Source of the DNA: a virus
Virus record (IMG/VR): IMGVR_UViG_3300001682_000095
Span: 1-40,069 of that record
Direction: 5' to 3' (one strand)
Length of the DNA: 40,069 bases
The notes under the pieces were generated by a model that had not been told where the DNA came from, did not search any database, and saw nothing but the letters and a program-made list of their open reading frames with translations. Of this stretch, positions 33,194 to 40,069 are shown one piece after another (position 1 is the stretch's first letter; each line of letters opens with the position of its first letter). Both the position numbers and the translations under genes were made by a program.

Positions 33194-34050
33194 TTATAAA
33201 CCATTACCCGCCGGTTATTAAGCAAATAAAGGAAATGCAGCAGATCGCAAGGGCAGAGGATATAGAGTTTGAGAAACTAAAAGCAGTTACAACCCAAACT
33301 ATAAGAAATATGTTTGTTTATACAGCAGACGAAACCGGCGTAAAGAGATTTGAAACCGTTTTTAAAATCACGCCGAAAGCATCACAGAGCCTAGACGATC
33401 GAAAGGCTTATATACTTTCCATGATGAACCGCCGGAAAATGAGTTTATCAGAATTAACGGCGATGCTATCGAATTATTCAGAGGGGATAGAGTTATTAAA
33501 TGATTTTTCCAACATGGAAATGATTGTAACCATAAATACAGATGCGGGCAGCTTAGAAACACTTAATAATATCATTGACGAGATCCTGCCCTTAAATATT
33601 TATTTTGAGTTTGCCCTGCAAAGGGAAACAACCATAAAATACAAATTGGAAGATTTGATCTTTATGGCGTTTGAACCGGCAGCAGCCGAAACAGAGCATT
33701 GCAATTTTGACAACAACATAACACAGATAGAACAAACCGGCTATACACAGAGCGTAGCCGGCTTTTCTTATACAAACAATTACGAAACCGCGGGGGCTTT
33801 TGTGTGCGGCGTAGAATGTTGTTTAGCGATGCAGGCACCATTAGAAACGCAAGAAAGCGTTATTGACATAGAAACGGCACAAGACAGCTTTACAACGCCG
33901 GTTAGGGCGTGTAGCGAAAGCATGGCAGTTATTGGAGAAGATCCACCGTTTGAAATGTCAGAAAGCGCGGTAGTGGTGCAGGAAGATGCAGCGGCAGCAG
34001 TAACACAATTAAAAGTATGCGGTACAGATTACGCAAGAGAGGAGGTTTAA
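33181..34050 (+). CDS. XkdU-like tail protein (DUF2313-type)
   Basis: Synteny after baseplate J. N-terminal YPPVIKQIKEMQ pattern. Confidence 0.55.
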   Translation: MQTVIINHYPPVIKQIKEMQQIARAEDIEFEKLKAVTTQTIRNMFVYTADETGVKRFETVFKITPKASQSLDDRKAYILSMMNRRKMSLSELTAMLSNYSEGIELLNDFSNMEMIVTINTDAGSLETLNNIIDEILPLNIYFEFALQRETTIKYKLEDLIFMAFEPAAAETEHCNFDNNITQIEQTGYTQSVAGFSYTNNYETAGAFVCGVECCLAMQAPLETQESVIDIETAQDSFTTPVRACSESMAVIGEDPPFEMSESAVVVQEDAAAAVTQLKVCGTDYAREEV

Positions 34051-34051
34051 G

Positions 34052-34333
34052 ATGCTAAAAGATCGACTTATGGATTATACGGAAAGCATTGTAAAACGCG
34101 CAACATACACCATTAACGGCGTAGTGAAAGAAGGAACCATTGGCAAGGTTATTAGAAAGGGCGACAGTATTACTTTCTATCTGTATATTGATGATGATAC
34201 GCAGGGTAAGATCACAAATGCCAAATTGTACGATGTAAACGGCGAATTGTTGGAAAGCAAGGATTACAACACACCGAAGGACACATTAGCAACCGCAACA
34301 ATAGGCATTAAGATAACAATTAAGAGAGAATAG
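34052..34333 (+). CDS. Hypothetical tail-fibre-region protein
   Basis: GGAGG RBS, 93 aa. Confidence 0.5.
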   Translation: MLKDRLMDYTESIVKRATYTINGVVKEGTIGKVIRKGDSITFYLYIDDDTQGKITNAKLYDVNGELLESKDYNTPKDTLATATIGIKITIKRE

Positions 34334-34347
34334 GAGGACAAAGTTAA

Positions 34348-34839
34348 ATGTATGATTTGATTTTGTGGAAAAATCGCCGTACTGAAAAAAGTAATACTTA
34401 TGAAGTTACAGAAAACAAAGACGGCACAATCACATTAACGCCGGTAGTTGGGGAAGTAATAGAGGCAGGCACAAGTTTTAACCAAACCAACATGAACCAC
34501 ATGGACAACGGTATAAACGAGGCTATGATCATTGCTAATATGGCTATCGTGCAGCTTTTACAGCATCAGCGGGAATTAGAGAACACATATTTTGAGGTTG
34601 GATCCGTTGAGATTGCAAGTAATGAAAATTACCCATTTAACACCGAAAGCGTAACCGTTGCAATAAAAGACAAGCGCAACACCTTAGATTATGTTGTATT
34701 GGCATATTGTGACGATTTGCAGCAGGGCAGAGCGATCCGGATCAAGGATAAGCAGTTAAACGGTTTCAAAATCGAGGTTGAAGATTGCCCGAAGGAACCG
34801 GTAACAATAAAGTATTTCATTATAGGAGGTAAGTTGTAA
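34348..34839 (+). CDS. Short tail fibre-like protein
   Basis: GTSFNQTNMNHMDNGI matches the common GTxLNAxNLNxMExGI fibre motif. Confidence 0.55.
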   Translation: MYDLILWKNRRTEKSNTYEVTENKDGTITLTPVVGEVIEAGTSFNQTNMNHMDNGINEAMIIANMAIVQLLQHQRELENTYFEVGSVEIASNENYPFNTESVTVAIKDKRNTLDYVVLAYCDDLQQGRAIRIKDKQLNGFKIEVEDCPKEPVTIKYFIIGGKL

Positions 34840-35192
34840 TGGCAAAAGCAACAATCAAGGTAGTAGAAAAGAACGCCGGAAAAAAGATCGGTTATGAGTT
34901 GGACGGTAACACACTTTGGATCGGCGATGCTATCGCAATGAAGTTACACAAATTACAGACAGACGATGTAGTAAGAAAGGATATTTGCGCGGACAAAGAC
35001 GGCAATTTAGTTTTTGGATTGGGCGAAAATTATGTTGCGCAGGTAGAAATTCCACCAAAGGAATACGAGTACATCGAGGGCGAGCCGGACGGCGAAGGAA
35101 AGGCAACATACGAAAAAGTACAGAAAGATTTTGATGCATCGAAATGTACATTAACATTGTGGAGTATTGAGGAGGTATATATCAATGAGTAA
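34839..35192 (+). CDS. Hypothetical tail-fibre-region protein
   Basis: TAATG coupling; 117 aa. Confidence 0.5.
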   Translation: MAKATIKVVEKNAGKKIGYELDGNTLWIGDAIAMKLHKLQTDDVVRKDICADKDGNLVFGLGENYVAQVEIPPKEYEYIEGEPDGEGKATYEKVQKDFDASKCTLTLWSIEEVYINE

Positions 35193-36237
35193 TTATGAAG
35201 ATTTAAGAGGCGCAGCAGCCAACACAGAAATTATTTTAGATGATTTGGGCGTACCTTCAGTAATGGTAAAACAGCCCCTTGTATATTTGGACGAATTAGG
35301 GATCGGAGAGGCGCACACGCCACACCCTGCATTTATTATCAATGATAAAGTAGTACCATACATTTACTTGCCTTCGTTTATAGGCACTATCAAAAACAAC
35401 AGAGCATACAGCCTGCCAAATCAAGATCCGGCAAACTATGTAAATTACGATCGCGCGGTGGAAGTATGCGCAAATAAGGGCGCAGGGTGGCATCTTATGA
35501 CCGGCGCAGAATGGGGATTGGTTCACAACATGATTACAGCAGCGGGAGAAGAACCAAGAGGAAACACAAACAACGGAAGATCACACGTTAAAACATACGA
35601 ACATGGAGTGTTAAGCCCTACAAATCAAAGCGGCGCATATAGAACACTAACCGGAACCGGCGGCAAAACATGGGAGGCTTGCGGCATCAATGATTTAGTT
35701 GGAAATGTCAACAAATGGATCGCGGGCGTAAGATTAGTTGACGGAGAGATCCAAGTTATCCCTAACAACAACGCGGCTATTCACAAAACAGATTTAAAGG
35801 CAAATAGTGCAGCATGGCGCGCAATCCTGCAGGACGGTTCATTTGTGGCACCGGGAACAGCAGGTACACTAAAATTTGATTATTCCGCAGCACCGGCGGC
35901 AAATACAGCGAATTTCTATTTATCAACAACAATAGAAAACAAGCAGACAGAGGAGGCGCACTATGGCTATAAAGATTTTGGAGCATTAACGGCAAAAGCG
36001 GGCGTAACGGTGCCGGATATTTTAAAGGCTTTAGCACTATTCCCTAACACCGACAAAACCGGCAGGGGCGGCTTTTGGATGCGCAACATGGGTGAACGGT
36101 TGCTTATTCGTGGCGGTCATTATGGTCATGGTGCGAGCGCGGGCGAGGCTTGCGGCCGTTTGAACAACGAGCGTTCTCGCTCGTCTGCGCATTTGGGGCT
36201 TTTCCCCGCTTACGTGGATCCTGCGCTTTATGCGTAA
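35185..36237 (+). CDS. DGR target protein: receptor-binding candidate with a C-terminal C-type lectin / FGE-sulfatase-like fold carrying the VR
   Basis: GAGGAGG RBS, ATG 35185. AVEVCANKGAGWHLMTGAEWG is an FGE/CLec-type motif. The C-terminus RLLIRGGHYGHGASAGEACGRLNNERSRSSAHLGLFPA is the VR. Confidence 0.85.
   Translation: MSNYEDLRGAAANTEIILDDLGVPSVMVKQPLVYLDELGIGEAHTPHPAFIINDKVVPYIYLPSFIGTIKNNRAYSLPNQDPANYVNYDRAVEVCANKGAGWHLMTGAEWGLVHNMITAAGEEPRGNTNNGRSHVKTYEHGVLSPTNQSGAYRTLTGTGGKTWEACGINDLVGNVNKWIAGVRLVDGEIQVIPNNNAAIHKTDLKANSAAWRAILQDGSFVAPGTAGTLKFDYSAAPAANTANFYLSTTIENKQTEEAHYGYKDFGALTAKAGVTVPDILKALALFPNTDKTGRGGFWMRNMGERLLIRGGHYGHGASAGEACGRLNNERSRSSAHLGLFPAYVDPALYA
36095..36211 (+). repeat. 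DGR variable repeat (VR)
   Basis: 117 bp collinear with the TR at a constant offset of 632 bp. 12 mismatches, all opposite TR adenines. Confidence 0.9.
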
Positions 36238-36244
36238 TTCTTGT

Positions 36245-36268
36245 GGGTGTATGCGGCAGCATACGCCC
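36245..36268 (+). promoter_or_regulatory. GC-rich hairpin just 3' of the VR (candidate DGR target-recognition hairpin/cruciform)
   Basis: GGGTGTATGC-GGCA-GCATACGCCC: 10-bp stem with one G-T pair and a 4-nt loop, 34 nt after the VR end. Confidence 0.55.
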
Positions 36269-36298
36269 CTATTTTAATTTTGCGAGGAATAAAAGGTA

Positions 36299-36703
36299 AT
36301 GCAAAGAAATTTCAGAGCATCAGCGACACCACCGGAACCAAAAGCCGATCTTTTAATTTTCAAGAAAACAAGAGAAATGATCGCATACGGAAATGAATGT
36401 TTATATAACAAACAATTTCCGAGGAATAGGCGCGTAGGGAATACGATCGGCGCACAAATGGAAAAGACTATGTATGAAATTTTAGAGGGATTGACAGAGG
36501 CAGCAACAAAAGAACATAAGAAAACAGCATTAACGCAGGTTGATGCTAAAATATCATACCTCCGGCAATTACTGATAATTTCGGTAGATCCCAAAATGAA
36601 TACAAAAGGCGGTTTAATTCCACTTGATGATCAAAGAAGGTGGTGCGCGCAGCTAGAGGAAATAGGAAAAATTTTAGGTAGTTGGCTAAATAAGCTAAAA
36701 TAG
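36299..36703 (+). CDS. avd: DGR accessory variability determinant (four-helix-bundle Avd)
   Basis: 134 aa, basic. DLLIFKKTREMIAYGNECLYNKQFPRNRRVGNTIGAQMEKTMYEILEGL matches the Avd pattern. Lies between VR and TR. Confidence 0.8.
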   Translation: MQRNFRASATPPEPKADLLIFKKTREMIAYGNECLYNKQFPRNRRVGNTIGAQMEKTMYEILEGLTEAATKEHKKTALTQVDAKISYLRQLLIISVDPKMNTKGGLIPLDDQRRWCAQLEEIGKILGSWLNKLK

Positions 36704-36726
36704 ATCAACTATGGGGAATATGCCGT

Positions 36727-36843
36727 AACGGTTGCTTATTCGTGGCGGTAATTATGGTAATGGTGCGAACGCGGGCGAGGCTAACGGCAATTTGAACAAC
36801 GAGCGTTCTAACTCGAATGCGAATTTGGGGCTTTTCCCCGCTT
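36727..36843 (+). repeat. DGR template repeat (TR), non-coding
   Basis: Adenine-rich copy of the VR with 10 AAY codons in the VR frame. Lies between avd and the RT gene. Confidence 0.9.
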
Positions 36844-37007
36844 TTCTCAATTAGTCAGCATACGCCGCAACACGCGGGCGGCGTACCGTACAGAGAGAAG
36901 AAAAGGGGCATATTTCCCTTCTTGCGAAAGCGAGAAAAACAAAAATTTCCATGAATACGGCTAGTAGCGAAAGTGAAGGGCGTAACGCATGGAGAAATTG
37001 GGCTAAA

Positions 37008-38120
37008 ATGAAGAAATTTAATATAACCTATGAACAGATCACAAGCTACAACAATATCTATGCAGCCTATTTAGATGCGCGGAAAAGCAAAAGCGAAAGA
37101 AACGAAATTATGCGTTTTTCCTTAGAATTAGATAGCAGTTTAAATAGCTTGTATGAGGAATTGCAGGAGGGGCGTTACAAAGTAAGTGGGTACAGAATTT
37201 TATATATTTATGTACCAAAGAAACGGCTAATTATGGCGTTACAGTTTCGCGATCGCGTGCTGCAATGGGCTATTTATAGGTTGCTTAATCCGATGTATGA
37301 GAAAACTTATATAAAGGATAGTTACGGTTGTAGAAAAGAAAAAGGCAGAGAAAAGGCAGCTAAACGCTTGCAATATTGGTTACGGCAGACGGATAGAAAG
37401 CCAAAACAATATTATTACTTGAAACTTGATATTTCAAAATTCTTTTATAGAGTGGATCACGAGGTATTATTAAACATACTAAAACGCCGGATAAAGGACG
37501 AAAAGATCATAAGGTTGTTTGATAATATCATAAATTCAGAGAAACGAGCCTTCGGGCTACCGTTGGGAGTAGATCCCTGCGAGATAGATCCGCGCGAAAT
37601 GCTATTCGATAAGGGTATGCCAATAGGCAATTTAACATCGCAGATGTTTGCAAATATCTACATGAATGAATTAGATCAGTACCTAAAGCATGAGTTACGG
37701 TTAAAATATGTAATTCGCTACATGGACGATTGTATAATATTGCATGAGAGTAAAGAAGAATTGCGGCAAATATTGGCAAAAGTAGAAGTTTTCCTTCTTG
37801 AAAAGCTAAAATTAAATCTGAATAAGAAAACCGTTATAAGACCAACAACCTGCAATGTTGATTTTGTGGGGTATGTGATAAATAAAGACGAAATAAGATT
37901 AAGATCCGCGACAGTAAAAAGAATGAGATCCCGCATAAAGTACATAGTGAAAGCATACGAGCGCGGCGAAATGACTTTAAAGGAAGTGAACGCAACCATG
38001 CAAAGCTATTTCGGTTTGATGAAACATTGCACAAATGAGGGATTAAAAGAAAACATTATTAACGGTTTTGTGCTGCATTGCACCGATGCAGCGCGAGCCA
38101 AAGCACAAGAAAGCCGATAG
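37008..38120 (+). CDS. DGR reverse transcriptase
   Basis: YYLKLDISKFFYRVDH, GMPIGNLTSQMFANIYMNELD (the IGxxxSQ DGR signature) and IRYMDDCII (YxDD). Start is ATG 37008, or 36951 as in the ORF track. Confidence 0.9.
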   Translation: MKKFNITYEQITSYNNIYAAYLDARKSKSERNEIMRFSLELDSSLNSLYEELQEGRYKVSGYRILYIYVPKKRLIMALQFRDRVLQWAIYRLLNPMYEKTYIKDSYGCRKEKGREKAAKRLQYWLRQTDRKPKQYYYLKLDISKFFYRVDHEVLLNILKRRIKDEKIIRLFDNIINSEKRAFGLPLGVDPCEIDPREMLFDKGMPIGNLTSQMFANIYMNELDQYLKHELRLKYVIRYMDDCIILHESKEELRQILAKVEVFLLEKLKLNLNKKTVIRPTTCNVDFVGYVINKDEIRLRSATVKRMRSRIKYIVKAYERGEMTLKEVNATMQSYFGLMKHCTNEGLKENIINGFVLHCTDAARAKAQESR

Positions 38121-38134
38121 GCTTTATTTTTTTT
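38110..38134 (+). terminator. Weak terminator overlapping the RT stop codon
   Basis: AAAGCC-GATA-GGCTTT followed by ATTTTTTTT. Confidence 0.5.
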
Positions 38135-38155
38135 GCACAGAAAAGGAGGCAGACA

Positions 38156-38743
38156 ATGAAAGAGATTTTATTAGCAGTAAAGGCAGCGGCGGTAAAGGCA
38201 GCAGCCCCCGCAACAGATAGTTTGGGTTTGAGTGTATCGGCGATTTTTACGGCAATCGCGGCGGCGTTAGGGCAGATCCCGATCCTTTTAATTTTGTTTA
38301 TGGCGGCGGTAGCACTTGACTATTTAACCGGTTGGATCAAGGCAAAGTATTTTTTAAGAGATTGGAACTCTAAAACCGGATTGCAGGGCATCATCAAGAA
38401 AATTATGTATTTCGTAATGATTGGCACCGCCTTTTTGATCGGGTGGGGTATTCGCGAAATGGGCGACAGCGTAGGCGTTAATTTAGAATTTGCTATGTTG
38501 ATCGGTTGGTATGTAACCGCCGTAATGCTAATAAACGAATTAACAAGCATTTTAGAAAATCTTTATGTGATTATGCCGGAGAAGGTGCCGGTTTGGTTAA
38601 TTAAAACGCTGAAAATTGCAGACGAGAAGTTAGAAAACAAAATCAATGATGTAGTTTGCAAAAATCAGAATTGCGACACCTGCACTATTAAAGACAGATG
38701 CAATTATAAAAAAGAGTTGGAGGCGCAGCATGACAACGAATGA
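38156..38743 (+). CDS. Holin (Holin_4_1 / TcdE-like family)
   Basis: AAGGAGG RBS, ATG 38156. ALDYLTGWIKAKYF...SKTGLQGIIKKIMYFVMIG motif; about 3 TM segments. The C-terminal Cys-rich tail (CKNQNCDTCTIKDRC) is unusual. Confidence 0.75.
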   Translation: MKEILLAVKAAAVKAAAPATDSLGLSVSAIFTAIAAALGQIPILLILFMAAVALDYLTGWIKAKYFLRDWNSKTGLQGIIKKIMYFVMIGTAFLIGWGIREMGDSVGVNLEFAMLIGWYVTAVMLINELTSILENLYVIMPEKVPVWLIKTLKIADEKLENKINDVVCKNQNCDTCTIKDRCNYKKELEAQHDNE

Positions 38744-40069
38744 AATAGCAGCAAAAGCAGCGGTTATTATTTTCGGTAACGAAGGTAATTATGGCAGCGT
38801 AAATAAAAATGATAATGGGGCGGTTTCTATCGGTAAATTGCAATGGCACGCCGGTAGAGCCGCCGCATTGCTTAGAAACATTATTAAGGCAATCGGAGCC
38901 AACGCGGAAAGTATTATAGGATCCGCGCTTTATGCAGAATTAAAAGGCGGCGCAAGTTGGGGTACACGAACCGTTACGAGCGCAGAGGCAAGCAAGATAA
39001 CCGCAATTTTAACCACCAACGAGGGAAAAGCAGAGCAGGACAAGCAGGCTATTTCCGATGTAACAAGCTACATTAAAAAGGGGCAGAGTTACGGTTTATC
39101 AGATGCGGGCGCACTTATTTATTTTGCAGACGGCGTAAACCAATACGGAACAAATAGCGCATTATGGAAAACGATCGCAACAGAGGCTTTAAAAGGCGCG
39201 GGCGATGTAGGGGCAATGTATAACGCCACTATTAACCATACAAGCAAATATCTAACACGCCGCAAAAGGGTATACGAAAAAGTAAAGGCGTTAGAAATGG
39301 AGGACAGCATGACAGAAAAACAGTTAAGAGCAAAGGCAGTAGCGCAGGCGGTTGCGTGGGTTGGCTGCAAGGAAAGCAACGGAACACACAAACAGATCAT
39401 TGATCTTTACAATTCTGTAAAACCCCTGCCGAGAGGGTACGCGGTACAATATAATGATGCGTGGTGCGCAACATTTGTAACCGCCGTAGGAATTGCCGCC
39501 GGATTGAGCAATATTATTTTGCGCGAGTGCGGTTGTCAAAAAATGATCGAACTTTACAAAGCTGCAGGGCGTTGGCAGGAAAATGACGGCTATACACCAA
39601 GCGCGGGCGATGTAGTATTTTATGATTGGCAGGACAACGGCAAGGGCGATAATACCGGATATTCCGATCATGTCGGTATTGTACACAGCGTAACCGGCAA
39701 TACAATTAAAGTAGTTGAGGGCAACAAAAACAACGCCGTAGAATACAGAAATTTAACCGTAAACGGTAGATACATTAGGGGTTACGGTTTACCGGATTAT
39801 GCAAGCATGGCAACAGCAGAGGAACCAAAGGCACCGGAAACAACAAAGAGCGTTGCAGAGGTAGCGAAGGAAGTATTAGCCGGTAAATGGGGCAATGGAA
39901 CCGCTAGAAAGGCAAAATTAGAGGCGGCAGGCTATAATTATGCGGAAGTGCAGGCGGCGGTTAATACTTTAGTAAAGGGCGGATCCGGATCAAGCACAAC
40001 ACCTGCAACATATACGGTAAAAAAAGGCGACAATCTTACAAAGATTGCAAAGAAATTTAATACAACCGT
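38730..40069 (+). CDS. Multidomain endolysin (N-terminal lysozyme/GH46-like domain, CHAP/NlpC-P60 domain, CW_7 repeat, LysM); 3' end continues at 1-164
   Basis: ATG 38730 overlaps the holin stop, and there is no stop codon before the window end. CHAP motifs NDAWCATFV, SDHVGIVHSV, VVEGNKNN. CW_7 motif GKWGNGTARKAKLEAAGYNYAEVQAAVN. Confidence 0.85.
   Translation, partial: MTTNEIAAKAAVIIFGNEGNYGSVNKNDNGAVSIGKLQWHAGRAAALLRNIIKAIGANAESIIGSALYAELKGGASWGTRTVTSAEASKITAILTTNEGKAEQDKQAISDVTSYIKKGQSYGLSDAGALIYFADGVNQYGTNSALWKTIATEALKGAGDVGAMYNATINHTSKYLTRRKRVYEKVKALEMEDSMTEKQLRAKAVAQAVAWVGCKESNGTHKQIIDLYNSVKPLPRGYAVQYNDAWCATFVTAVGIAAGLSNIILRECGCQKMIELYKAAGRWQENDGYTPSAGDVVFYDWQDNGKGDNTGYSDHVGIVHSVTGNTIKVVEGNKNNAVEYRNLTVNGRYIRGYGLPDYASMATAEEPKAPETTKSVAEVAKEVLAGKWGNGTARKAKLEAAGYNYAEVQAAVNTLVKGGSGSSTTPATYTVKKGDNLTKIAKKFNTT
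39982..40069. repeat. Terminal overlap, copy 2 (identical to 1-88)
   Basis: Direct reading shows identity with 1-88. Confidence 0.9.

Noticed and set aside
39978-39995. GGATCC-containing Gly-Ser linker codons (GGCGGATCCGGATCA) as a sign of an engineered construct
   Set aside because: The same palindrome occurs in a non-coding region and in another reading frame. There are no vector, tag or marker sequences anywhere, and the genome organisation is that of a natural phage.
1-40069. A second, remote DGR target (another VR matching the TR)
   Set aside because: Scanning by eye for the conserved TR flanks (TTGCTTATTCGTGGCGG, GGGGCTTTTCCCCGC) found only the one VR. This cannot be fully excluded without a computed search.

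Overview
The window is a complete, circularly closed genome of a tailed phage, most likely from a low-GC Firmicute/Clostridia host. Bases 1-88 repeat 39982-40069, so the unit length is 39,981 bp. Every convincing gene is on the + strand.

Gene order:
- Lysis genes wrap the junction: holin, then a multidomain endolysin split by the window ends, then a SPOR-like protein.
- An early region is driven by three copies of one consensus promoter/operator cassette.
- An IS30-family transposase follows, then a stand-alone IS30-type HTH gene and a tRNA-Arg(CCG).
- The replication/maintenance module has a rolling-circle HUH Rep, SSB, ParA, ParB and a DnaQ-like exonuclease. I see no integrase or CI-type repressor, which suggests a phage-plasmid lifestyle.
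- A DNA-modification/accessory cluster holds an RNase HI-like protein with substituted catalytic residues, a Dam gene broken at a G8 tract, an orphan MazF-like toxin, a radical SAM protein and a second N6-adenine methyltransferase.
- A sigma-like late regulator, HNH endonuclease, TerS and TerL come next, then an HK97-type head module.
- A PBSX/Xkd-type contractile tail and baseplate module follows.

The standout system is a complete diversity-generating retroelement between the tail-fibre genes and the lysis genes. It comprises a target gene with a C-terminal VR, avd, the TR and a reverse transcriptase. TR and VR are 117 bp each, and all 12 mismatches fall on TR adenines.

Other notable signals:
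- Three poly-G tracts sit exactly where a 1-nt length change fuses adjacent ORFs.
- A canonical A_AAA_AAC -1 frameshift site lies in the tail chaperone gene.
- A tail gene appears to start at ATT.
- The 10-bp palindrome GATCCGGATC is strongly over-represented.
- A HeH-like module is duplicated between the capsid C-terminus and a moron gene.

All product calls rest on motifs I recognised by eye. No database search was run.
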